Made by a program: the position numbers and the translations under genes. Positions 51,387 through 63,218 of a stretch of 64,000 nucleotides of DNA are shown here, piece after piece. The notes beneath the pieces are model-generated. The model did no database searches. It had not been told where the DNA came from and saw only the letters and a program-made list of their open reading frames with translations. This stretch comes from Balanoglossus misakiensis (taxonomy: Eukaryota > Animalia > Hemichordata). The stretch spans positions 2,110,635 through 2,174,634 of the forward strand of contig CM082595.2 of the NCBI GenBank assembly GCA_040954595.2, read 5' to 3'. Position 1 is the stretch's first letter. Every line of letters begins with the position of its first letter.

Positions 51387-54300
51387 GGAAAAAACCCATG
51401 TGCCTGAATTTGAAGAGGAGTTACATGTGCTGTAGTTGCCCAATGACATTATCATTCATTAGAGGCAGTCCTATTCTTAGAATTCTGAGCATCACACGTT
51501 CCAAAACCATTATCTCAAATAACATAGAACACAGTAGTTAGCATAATGAAGGATGTATCTTAATGAAACATTTGTACTTTTGAGACCATGTCATTCTCTT
51601 GAAAATTGTGATAAACATATGAACACGGTAAGCAGCATCATGTATTCAAATTTATGCAATTATTGAACTGATATTTGCATATGATTCAATTATACATCTG
51701 TTGATGCATTGATGATATCAGGTTTACTATGTAAAGACGGCTTGATTATGGTATAGTCAATTCAAACATCTAATGGTAGGATATACATGTTTTACAATCT
51801 TACAAAAATGAAACTGTGGGATTGGCTTGATCTCTGCTCTGTGTAGTAACTGTAATTATATTTGTATATAAAGTGACTGTAAGCCCGAGGTGTGGCTTAA
51901 AATAGTTTATGGTTGTTACAGTTCCCCAACACTCTAACCATGAGGGACCATGAGCCAAAAAAATATACTCTTGATGTTTGTGGATACATGACTGTTATTT
52001 ACATTATTTTACATGTATAATGTTGGAATGTGAACTTGTGGTCTCTAAATCAAGATACATGTACATGTAAATGTTATTTCTTCCATTTTTCACTTTTAGT
52101 TGAGATAACAATAATTTACTGAAATATGTCTACTGGTGCAAAATGAAATGTAAAGTTTAAGTTAAACTTTTCTGCAGATGTTGTGTATTGACTAGGTCAC
52201 ATGGTAAAAGTGCTAAGCTTGGTACTATTCCTATTTTTGAAACTTGTTTTACCTTGAGTTTTAGCGATTTTAATTTATAATGAGCACTATGACTTCTATT
52301 GGCTAACCAATACTAATTATCATGAGGACAATGGAATTTAAGATACTTTACCAATTGGGTTCTTTTCTTAATTGAGCATGAACTCATCAGTTTTCCAAAA
52401 AGATGTATATTGTTTCTGTGTTACCTTGTTTTTAAACTAATTTATGTAAATAGTAATGAAATGTTCTGTTTCTTTTTAAAGCCATTTACAATTTTCTCAA
52501 CCAAGGTGCTCAGAAGAGCACCCCTAGGTGCCACTTGGAAAGTTTGTGCGATCGCGTTTGCCCACCTTGTGCTATGTGATAAAATATCTGAACAATTTAT
52601 TTTCAGTACGTATAGTGAAATTGGCACTTATTTTTTAGCAGCCATATATGCCATTACAGTCAGAAATGAAGTGTTTGTGAAGATGTTCGACTGCTTTCAG
52701 TGTTTTTGTGAATATTCATGCAGCTGTCATTACCACCATCTACTTTTCAACCATAAGAAATTATTGTATATAGTGGATGGTTTCCCTCTGTAGTCTGTCA
52801 ATGATTGTTGAACTAGACTGGCAGCCATGTTGTTGAGTGTCATGCAAATGAGGTACACATGTATTTGTGACATCACAGGAAATGTATGCATGTTTAGTGA
52901 CATCATCACAAGATGGCCTCCTTCCATTCTCACGGTCAGTCAGTCATACATTTTAAAACCAATTTAACATTCATCTGCAGATATCTTCTGAAACCTTCAT
53001 CAGCTGGTATGTTAACCAGTTGCCTTTTCATGAAAAAGACAAGTTTTTCTTTCACTTAAATATACTAGAAGATGTGTTCTAGAGTGGGTATAGCAAGTTT
53101 TGTATTGTGCAATGATTACAATGTGTACATGTGAAAACTTGCATCAATTACTGTAGACTGATCACTATTGGTAGAGAAGAAATATACAATACTTTACAAA
53201 ATCACGCTTTGTTTTCTTGTAAGTTAATTTGGAGTGTCTTTAAGAAACAGTAACTTTCTATGGAAGTGGTGGGGTCGATCAGACAATGCGGTAGGTACAT
53301 CTATAAACTATCTGTACATTTCACTCTATTGAGGGCAATACTGGTTGTCAATTTCTCTTGAAAGATTTCTCAAGGTTCCACTATGTGAAAGCTACTTATA
53401 GTGACAATAGCCGTGAATTGCCAGTGAAAAGGGGGCTGTGTTCTTGTATAAGCCTACTGTGAACTATTAGTGAGATGGTTTGCTCATAACCCTTTGCTGT
53501 CCCGGATACCATTCAGTGGAGAGGATTAGCACAATAGACCGTGACAGTAACAACGGTCGCGTGTCCGATTGACCTATTCAGATTCCGCGTGCCGTGCATG
53601 TTTCATCAAGTTCTGCGCATTCTCATCAAATATCCTCTCTAGTCTAGCGCAGCCAGCTGAGCAGTCAACTCAGGCTTATAGCGTTTGAAGGTTAATGTGG
53701 TTGTCACCAGTTTAACCTTGCCTCGATCCCTGTCAGTGGAAAGATCACTGGCGTGACGTAAACCGAATGTGGGGATCCTTGCAGCCTGACCGTTATGTGT
53801 CTAAAACAACCCGACATTAACAGTGGCCTAATATATTATACGTGTGCTCGAGAGCCAGCCAGACATCTAGACTGACGGGTCAAGGCTGAAGAGGTTAGTA
53901 CACCAATGTAATATCTAGTAACATGAATGTCAAGTGGATAAAATTCGCTGGTAACATTCGGATGAGCTTCTTAAAGCCCCAAGGTCAAATATCAGCAAAT
54001 TTCCGAATTCTTGCAACTCCTTTAATAACCCGTTTCTACATGAAATATTGACTCTAATTGTTCTTTATCGACCCGTACATGTACCGAGTGCTTTAAAACT
54101 ATACTTTAAAACCCACTTTATGTATGTATGCATGAAAGCGTGTAATTATGATAGCTTGGCAACTGTTCAAAAAGAAATTTGACAGTTGAGTTTTACATTC
54201 CACGCATGGTGAATAAATTATTGTCTGTGTTAGCTGCCGCAAGAACAAAACTGACAGAAAAATTGAATGTTCGCTTTTTCCCTTGCAACTTTTTGAATAC

Positions 54301-54608
54301 CAGCAGGGACACGTTACTTGTCGTCAGTCTGGTTAATTATAAACTTGTTCCAAGCTTAGCTGGTATTTAATTTATTGGAGTGTAAAGTGCAAATAGGCAC
54401 GGTTGCTAACGGTCACAACTCGTTGTTTTCTGCCAAGTAAAATAAAACAGTTCGATAAATTTCGAAATTTGGATGATAAGTTTGGACAGACAGCAGGCTG
54501 AGATATTTGTCCAATACGTTGGACATTTGAGAATATGGTACACTTGTAAGCGAAACGCAAAGGATAAATATAGATCCCTGTAATTGTTTTATTTTTATCG
54601 AACATTGC

Positions 54609-55949
54609 ATGTCCGTGTGGTATTGGCGAACAGAAGGACTAGAAACCGAAGCAATGATTTCCAACGAAAGGGTGCAAGAACTTGTTAACGACATCAGTAC
54701 GAAGACCAAGCCATTATGGGAAGTGAGTGAAATACGGACTGTGTTGAAATTTTCAGAAAATATGCCATACTGAGGGACACAAATCCCGATAATTCTGCAG
54801 GGAAATGTTGCTTGAAGTGAATTTTAGCGTATACAATAATCTGATTTAGAATAGTCCAAAGAAGATCCTGAACTTTATGTGATAAACACATCCAACTCTC
54901 TTTTTTCTAGCTCGTTGGAGACTGGACCCCCATCGTTTCCAAGGACACTATTAAAGAACGTTTTCTGACGTGCTCTGTCTGTCTTGAGCAATACCAAGAA
55001 CCCAAGTTGCTGCCATGTGGACACATCTTCTGCAAAGAATGCATAGAATCCACGTGTGTAAGATCTTCTGGAAGGAGGAATATGACGTGTCCCATCTGCC
55101 GACAGGAGTTGAGGTTAGATTCAGACATGGTGCATGAGTTGCCGGACAGTTACCTTGCCAAAGAGATGACGCATTTCGTGAACGCCGCGGAGACCAACGA
55201 TGCTGGCAACACCTGGCGTTTAGAACACGATTTCAACGACATGGACAGTCTTCCAAGAAAGCTTTGGTTTGGAGATGTCTGTTTGAGAATACCAGAGGAT
55301 ATCATAGCACTTTTAAAGGTATGCCAATCGACCATTTATAACATGCTTGCATTCTTTCTTCTATCGATTTTTCGTTTGCCGCAAACTGTTTTGGTCTAGT
55401 GGTGGTCAAAACTTCGGAATGTTCCAAACAGAACAGAGGAACATTCAAAATATTTTACACTATAAACTTTCTGTATTTTATATCATTTCTTTACAGGTAT
55501 CAATTCTGCTGCTTGGTCTGGTAGCCATGGTGACGTTGATTCTCACGTGGCTGGTGATGTTGTGTTGGATCCTCGCAGTGAAGTTAGTGCAAGTCTGTCT
55601 GTTTGTCATCATGTGGCCAGTGAATCTTCTCCTTTCCATCATACTGACCGTCTTCTCGTGGACACTGGTGTTGATCACGGCGCCATTTTCGTGGCTCTTC
55701 ACGTTTGCATCTTGGTTTTGTGGACAGTGCCTCATACCGCTAGTTTGGTGCTGGGAACATTTCGTCAGATGCATTCTGCTGTGGTGCGGAGTCGCCCGCC
55801 TGTCCGTGACTGCCGTCAATTTGGTTTTACCCGTCGTCGTTCTGGTGCTCTTGGTTTGCACATTCACCAACATCTTACCTCAAGAAAACCGAAGAACTGA
55901 GCCTTTTAGAGACGGCGTAGAAGACATCGATCTGTCAGATATAGAATAA
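54609..55949 (+). CDS. RING-HC (C3HC4) protein with long C-terminal multi-pass hydrophobic region; probable membrane E3 ligase
   Basis: Three phase-0 exons: 54609-54722, 54911-55318, 55497-55949. FLTCSVCLEQYQEPKLLPCGHIFCKECI...TCPICRQ, then about 125 aa of hydrophobic, Cys/Trp-rich sequence. Confidence 0.75.
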
Positions 55950-56207
55950 ACTCTAGAGTTACTGGATCCACAATTTGCCACGTTAATATCCCTTTTCTTT
56001 GTGGGTGTATTACTTGTTAAAGTTCAAACGCGTGAAATTACTTTCTTGAGCGCATGTAAAAAGACCATATCCTATTTTTTCATTCTTAGATATGTTTTAA
56101 TAAAAGACTGATGTATAATAAGTGCAAAAAGGAGCAATACCATCAAGTTTGAAACGTTTGTGCAAACGTTGATACGTTCAATATTGCGCGTGGATAATTT
56201 TAATCTT

Positions 56208-56244
56208 GCTAAGGAGTCTGGCGATCTCCGTCAGACTCCCTAGC
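56208..56244. repeat. Imperfect 16-bp inverted repeat upstream of AGXT
   Basis: GCTAAGGAGTCTGGCG ... CGTCAGACTCCCTAGC (14 of 16 positions complementary). Confidence 0.7.
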
Positions 56245-56365
56245 TATATTAAGTTATCAACGTGGATGGAGTTTTCGTAGTTCTTTTCTGCTCGTCGTCG
56301 TAAACCACAGGCCTGTCATGCGTTACAGCGTAGCATCGATCGTGTCAAGGTAAGTAGAGACTCTG

Positions 56366-56467
56366 ACTCGCGAGAAACTCGCAGATAATCCCCCATAAAT
56401 AATACTTTGCGCCCCAGAGATATCTGGAGAGGGGCGTGGCATGTTGTTGTCCATAGTGTAACACGTG
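56366..56467 (+). promoter_or_regulatory. AGXT-proximal motif cluster: ACTCGCGAGA, GC-box GGGGCGTGGC, E-box CACGTG
   Basis: Motifs at 56366-56375, 56431-56440 and 56462-56467. Confidence 0.4.
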
Positions 56468-56530
56468 TCAAAGGTCCAGCCATACATCATTAGTGAAGGA
56501 GGGCGCTTTATTCACACAACGTCTAGCAAA

Positions 56531-57712
56531 ATGGCCAACTCACGCTTGTCTCAACCGCCTGCCGAACTTCTGAAGCCAATTCATGTCCCCAGAAAGACTC
56601 TTATGGGGCCTGGGCCCTCAAATGCGTCACCAAGGGTGCTTGAGGCAAGTGCACTGCCTTTATTAGGGCATCTCCACCCTGAATTTTGCACGATCATGGA
56701 TGAAGTCAAAGCTGGTCTCAAATACGCCTTCCAGACCAAGAATGAGTTGACCTTGGCTATCAGTGGTACTGGTCACGCCGGGATGGAAGCATCCATTGCC
56801 AATATCGTCGAACCAGGTGAGGTGTTCCTCACTGCAGTCAAGGGAATCTGGGGAGAAAGAGCTGGTGACATCGCTGATAGATATGGTGCTGTTGTTAAGC
56901 AGATCACCAAACCTCTAGGAGAAGTATTCTCCCTGGAAGATGTGGAAAAGGGTTTAAAGGAACACAAGCCAGCAGCAATGTACCTGTGTCACAGTGAATC
57001 TTCATCCGGGATAATGCAGCCTCTGGAGGGGATTGGTCCACTGTGTGCCAAGTATAACTGTATTCTCATAGTAGATGCAGTGGCTTCTCTCGGTGCTGTG
57101 CCCCTATTGGTTGACGAATTAGATCTTGATGTCGTGTACAGCGGATCTCAGAAATGTCTGAGCGCTCCACCAGGTGCAGCACCCATCACATTTGGACCAA
57201 GAGCAAGAACCAAAATGGCCAACAGGAAGACTAGGGTGTCATCCTTCTACTTTGACATGGGATGGTTGGGAAACTACTGGGGATGTGAGGAACGACCACG
57301 GATGTACCACCACACAGCTCCAATCAGCAGTATCTACGCTTTGAGAGAGGCACTGGCCATCTTAGCCGAGCAAGGTTTGGAGTCTTTCTGGGCCAGACAC
57401 CAGGAATGCGCTCAGTTGCTGCAGAAGGGCGTCGGAGACATGGGCATGCAGATGTTGGTGAAAAACAAGGATTGGAGACTTCCCACCGTCAACACAGTCT
57501 GCGTACCAGAGGGTGTGGATTGGAAGGCAGTAACTGGTTATATCATGAAGAAGCATGCGTTGGAGATCTCTGGGGGTTTAGGGCCATCTGCTGGAAAGGT
57601 TTGGCGTATTGGGTTGATGGGTGAGAATGCCACCAAGGAGAAAGTGGAACTGGTGTTGAAATGTCTCAAAGAAGCAATTGAATGGGACAAGAAAGGTCGC
57701 CCTGATGACTAG
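56531..57712 (+). CDS. AGXT: Alanine--glyoxylate / serine--pyruvate aminotransferase (PLP class V), single uninterrupted ORF
   Basis: PPAELLKP, LMGPGPSN, SGTGHAGME, VDAVASLG, PLP-lysine SGSQKCLSAPPG, YHHTAP, EISGGLGPSAGKVWRIGLMG. First in-frame ATG at 56531 (the ORF track starts at GTG 56465). Confidence 0.95.
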   Translation: MANSRLSQPPAELLKPIHVPRKTLMGPGPSNASPRVLEASALPLLGHLHPEFCTIMDEVKAGLKYAFQTKNELTLAISGTGHAGMEASIANIVEPGEVFLTAVKGIWGERAGDIADRYGAVVKQITKPLGEVFSLEDVEKGLKEHKPAAMYLCHSESSSGIMQPLEGIGPLCAKYNCILIVDAVASLGAVPLLVDELDLDVVYSGSQKCLSAPPGAAPITFGPRARTKMANRKTRVSSFYFDMGWLGNYWGCEERPRMYHHTAPISSIYALREALAILAEQGLESFWARHQECAQLLQKGVGDMGMQMLVKNKDWRLPTVNTVCVPEGVDWKAVTGYIMKKHALEISGGLGPSAGKVWRIGLMGENATKEKVELVLKCLKEAIEWDKKGRPDD

Positions 57713-58595
57713 ACATTTTAATAGCGAAATAACTAACATACAACAATCAAAAGTCTGACATTGATTATGGTTGGGTTAAAATAGAGGTATATTTTTTTCA
57801 AAACAATGTATTGTATCAGAAATATATAGATGATTTCACAGTTAAATTCTTACAATTTTATAACCCCTGATTTGTTTACTTTGGGATTATTTTGTTTGTT
57901 TAGGATTAGAATATATTTTATCAATAATTGAGATATGTATTTTGCCTTAGAATCTAGTTTCTTGCCATGGACTATACTCAAGGAGAAAATGAAACTTATT
58001 AGGGTAATGTTTAAGATTGAAATCATGATGAACAGTGATTTATACATTCTATAATGGATCAGGTGAAGTATATTGACTCGAAGACAACCGACTATATGCA
58101 AGCATATCAATGTTGTGCAAATAACCATTATCATTGTGACTGCTTTTAGCAAATAACAAACTGAAGTGATCTTGTATCAACAATATAGATAATATATAAC
58201 CAAGTGGCTTGTATATCCAATTTAACAATAGACAAAATATATGATACTTAATCTACACAATAAGTGTAATACATGTACTGGTATTTATTATGTATGCGTG
58301 TGTGTATGTAACAGTATGTATCATGTGTGTCCGCCCATGACTTGGGAATCGAAGGCCCTTGAATATGCAGCCATGAAGACACTTTGAGCCTGTCATGAGA
58401 AGTCAACGTCGTCTGTCATATGGTAACCATGTCATCTCTAGACATGAAAAATATACACAGACCTCTTCTGTACAATCAATCATGCCTTTATTATCACTTG
58501 GGTATGGATCAACAGCAAACATAACAATGGTTGTAGTACTGCTCTAATAATTTCATCAAACACATCAAACCAAATAAGTTTTTATGCCTTAGCAC

Positions 58596-60584
58596 TTAAT
58601 CTGTCAGGGGACCTTCATACTTCTTCCCTGTTGATGCAAAAAAACATAGCATATCAATTTTTGATCTCAAAGGTATACAGATGTACTAGATGTCATTTAT
58701 GTAATTCAGCTACATTTACAATTCATCTTACTTACCAATAAGGTCTGCTATCAGATGAAATCTATCAGCACCGAAAAACATCTGATGTCCACCTGCATCA
58801 TGTACAACTATTGTTGGTGAGCCGAATGCCTGGACACAAAATAATACGAGAATTTCATAATAGGTAAAGTTTTAATGTGCTTCACAAAATCATATTTCTG
58901 CATAAGTTTTTAAAATAAATGTGGTTCTTACCCCATGTTCCACAGCAGCTTCAGTTTGTTTGGTGAGTTTATCTTTAACGACTTGGTCATTCATCCTGGA
59001 TACTAACCTCTGTGCCGTTTCCTCTGGCAATCCTGCCCCTATACCTGCCTAACAATGTGAAAGAAATCACTGTAAGCTATCTGTACGAGTCACAAAGCAA
59101 ATTCCTGCTACCTGAAATATTTCTTATATGGAAAATAAAAATCATACATAGCATACCTTGATGAGACTTCCTGGTTCAGTGATGTCCATATCCTGTCCAC
59201 ATAAAAGTAGAAATATCCTTCATCACTGATCCACTATACATGTCCATTCATTATAAAGTATGTTTGTCAAAAGTCCTCTGTGCTAAAACTAAACTAAAAG
59301 TAACCAAACCACATATCGGACAATTCCCCACTGTTCTACAAGGGCGTGAATGTAGTTGATAATGAAAAAAAATCTGCCAAGTCAGCATGTTTTCACCAAT
59401 GGTTTTCCTATGGATGGACACAGTCAACAAAGTTTATCTCAATATTGAGCACAGATTACCCAGCTCCATATTCTCAACCACAACTGTCTAGAGAGATTCT
59501 CTAGGGCATGGTTTTCGTACATCGATGTTGCGGTCAACAGCCTACAAGGCTGCAGTGTACCTAGAGAGAAACAAAATAAGATTATCACAATGAATAAGAT
59601 ATTCCAAGAGTACATACAGTAACTTCTAATCCACTTACAAAAACACCTAATACATGTATTTATCGATAAAAATCTCATGTGACCACCCCTATTTTCCAAG
59701 CATAGGATCTGACTGAGTGAAAAGGAAAGCTTATACCTTTCACACCAAAGGTATGCATAGCATCCGATGGAAACTTAAGGGGAAGGTTGTGATATTCACT
59801 CAATCTGGCCACGTCATTGCGCAGGTATTTCACTTTCAGTCTATTCATCATCATGCCAGGATTATCTGAGAACAGTAAAATGAGAGAAACCAAACTCCAT
59901 CAGTATTTGTTGCAGTATCTTGAACGAAATCATCCCTGAAGCATGATAGAATTGTTAGTATACATCTTGTCATTTCAATGCCCCTCATTAGCTTTCAACC
60001 CAGTAAGCATTCAGTGTCAACAAGAACTAATGCAAGAATCAGGGACTGAAATGTTTTTCTTACCTGTAGCTTTCATCACACCTGCTAAGAAAAATGGGTT
60101 GAGTTTCAGGTCCAAATTCCATCTTCCTTTATACTTAAGCAGTGTCTGTGTGGAAATAGGTGGTAGTATTTGCGTGTCCCCTTTAGTTAAGTAGTTGACA
60201 TACTATATGTGTAATATAGATCACTAGGCCATGGTGACCTCATTAGAGCACATGTGGTTTTGCCAACTTTGTCTTTGCGTCTACTCCGTTCAACTAACAA
60301 AATTTGCTCCGGTAGTATTTTGCATTTGCATAACCAGAACTATAGACTAGTAGGAATGTGTATTTCATCAAAAACAGTTGTCCTTGGACCTTCGTGAGCA
60401 ATGAAAACAACACATATGCACGTCGACCCAGTCACAGCTAGAGAGACTGCCCTCATTTTCTCTGTAAAAATATACTACATAGACAAGAGAGTGACGTCAA
60501 ATTACTCACCTCAAATGCAATCCACGAATATGGCGAAATAACGTCATAAAAAAGTTCAATGGTTCTCTTAGCTGGGGCTGCCAT
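58596..60584 (-). CDS. GSTK1: Glutathione S-transferase kappa, diverged copy lacking a PTS1
   Basis: [25 protein letters not shown] (catalytic Ser), LSRQLWLRIWS, GAFGSPTIVV, FFGADRFHLI; 8 exons in frame; ends GKKYEGPLTD*. Confidence 0.9.
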
Positions 60585-61347
60585 TTTAAATAATCAAGGT
60601 CAGTCGACAGACAGCCTCATACACTCACTATCACTGATGTTGACCTTGTTTGACTGGTTTAGATTGAACCATTGTATTCGCAGGTTGGAGAAGGACTCTG
60701 GCATTTTGGGATTAATTGTTTGTGTCACTTTGGACTCGCCAGCGTTATGTCCCTAACTTGTACTGTTATGACTTGTTGCAGGCATGTTATTGTACGAAGC
60801 ATAAGGTGATAAAGTTTGAAGGAATGGAGATGCACATTACCCGTACAAAAAACAACCAAATGAAAGTTACTTTTATTCCATTGTGCTTTATTTTCCAAAC
60901 AAAAATCATTTATACAGCTGCATTTGTCAAACCTTCAAATGAACACTAAAATGTTTTGCATTGTTAATTGCGTTCATTTTTTTGCATTTGTCTGTTTATT
61001 TAAAACATAGACATTGAGTTGTTCATTGATTGCCATGGATCCATTAGGATTCTGGGAAAATCCAGTTCTTAATAGAATTACTCGCCAATAGGTGTCCATG
61101 TTTATGTCTTGTACAACAAATTACCCTGGCATGCAAGATAAGGCAATAGAAGTCAAGAGCCTGAATTTCTAATATCTCCAGAAAACCACATTTCAACGTC
61201 CCTTTCATCTGGTAATGTCTACATTTGAAAATACTGTGTGTAACCAAAACACATAAATGCCCTTAGGATAATTATACATCATGAGTCTTTTTGAAACCCC
61301 AAGATTGTGCAATCCATGATTTTAATCACTTCAGATGCAACGGTTGA

Positions 61348-63195
61348 TCACAGTTTGGAATACTCTGTTAGAGGTCCATTAAACTTCTCTCCTGAAAAAG
61401 ATGAAAAGAGAATTCAGAAAAGTGTCATTATAAGCAAATATAATGCCAAGTTCAAAGTTCAAATCAGGTCACTAGAATGACTGGATATATTAGCATACCT
61501 AGCATTTCTGCTATGAGATGAAATCTGTCCGATCCGAAGAACATATTGGTCTTGCCATCAACATGGACAATGATTGTCGGTGCACCAAATGCCTACAGGG
61601 ATACAAAACTCCATGATCAGTGATTTGATGAAACAGTACTCAATACTTCATACAGTTGACAATATTCATCTTTTGAACTGGGATAAAATTTATGAGAAGT
61701 TGACAGATACACTGAATTCCTGGATTGTGCCGATCATTTTTCAGGAAACGATAAACACTCACTCCATGATCAAGAGCAATTTGCGTGTTTTCCTTCAGTT
61801 TGTCTTTGACTTCCTTGTCCTTGATCTTCATCACTAAATCTTGGGCTTTTGCTTCAGTAAATCCAGCTTTCTTCACAGCCTGAGTTGATATTGAAAAGAC
61901 TTCCATCATTTCAAGTGATCACACACTGGTTTCAATGGTAAAATAGAACTGACACGTGTATATACATCTGCTAGTATTTCATCCAAACGTATTAATCTTA
62001 ATTTGTGGATCTAACATTACTTTTATCAGCTCTCACCTCCATTAGACTGCTTGGCTCTGTAATATCCAAATCCTGAAAATGGCAAGAGAAGAAAGTAAAC
62101 TAAAAAAAATACTTCACACATTAAAGAGAGGGCGATAGTTCAGTCCAAACCCATTGGACTTTGTGAGCAACACAAAGTACGCTGTATAAAATCTGATAAC
62201 TATCCTACAGAACATATGCATCACTGACCTTTGACCAGACTCTGAGATACAACTGCCTGGATACATTTTCAACAGCATCATCACCTTCTTGCATAGAGAC
62301 TGCAGTCAACAGTCTCTGAGCTTGCAATGAACCTATAGCACAGATAGAAAGTTTCAGTCTCAGCCAATAAGATTCAAGGGTCAAAGGTCAATTATAAGTG
62401 TGTCCCAGGGACGGCTTTGGGAGGGGCTCAGGTTTTTTAAATCAGCAAGTCTTTTATCACAGCCAGCTAAGATTGCTGGACTGTTTTTTGAAAATACATT
62501 CTCCATGTACCTTTCACAAACATTGTTTCAGCTGGGTCCGAAGGCGACTTCAAAGGGATTTTGAAATAATCTCGATTTCTTTCCAAGTCTCTTACACTAT
62601 ACGCTCCTTTCACAGGATTCATGCCAGGTGGTGTGTTTCCTAAAATTGAAAGATATGAGAGACGAGAAAGTTTCAGAGGATGACAATGGTGATTTGCAGC
62701 ATACAGTTTCCATTGAAGGGGCTGAGCTTGGTTTTGCTTGTACATCTAGAAATGTAATTGTTACTTATTGATCTAAATTTGTGTGATGAGAAGGCTTGAA
62801 TTTTTGAAATTTCTTACCTGAATGATGCATTATTGCACCGAGGAAGAAAGGCCTAAACTTCAGATCTATATTCCATTTATTCTTATACCGACACAGTGTC
62901 TAAAAACAAAAAAAGTACATGTTAACGGTGTATACTGTAGAAGTAGATCAATCACCTCCATGGATGAACCGACCTAGTTTTAAAAGTACATGTAATATAT
63001 ACATTGCAATGTACAAGACCTGCTTTGATTGTCGAAAGATGATAATTGTGGCAGCACCTGTTGGTAAAATGTATGTATTCCATAAATACTGGCACCTATG
63101 TACTACACATTCTCACTTACTTCAAATCCGATCCAAGAATATGGCGAGATAACATCGTAAAACAGTTCGATTGTTTTTCTTGCCGGTGCTGCCAT
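61348..63195 (-). CDS. GSTK1: Glutathione S-transferase kappa, copy with canonical PTS1 (SKL)
   Basis: [52 protein letters not shown]; ends [14 protein letters not shown]. Confidence 0.92.
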
Positions 63196-63205
63196 GTTGA
63201 GCTTG

Positions 63206-63218
63206 TGAACTTTGACCC
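63206..63218 (-). promoter_or_regulatory. DR1 nuclear-receptor element (GGGTCA A AGTTCA; HNF4/RXR-type) 10 nt upstream of the GSTK1 ATG
   Basis: Close DR1 match read from sequence. Confidence 0.45.

Noticed and set aside
56465-56530. GTG-initiated N-terminal extension of AGXT in the ORF track
   Set aside because: The track uses bacterial-style starts; in an animal gene the ATG at 56531 or a spliced leader is more plausible.
58582-58606. Alternative frame after the short GSTK1 end reading PDRLSAKA*
   Set aside because: The GPLTD frame aligns with the paralogue (GPLTE), and AKA is not a PTS1.
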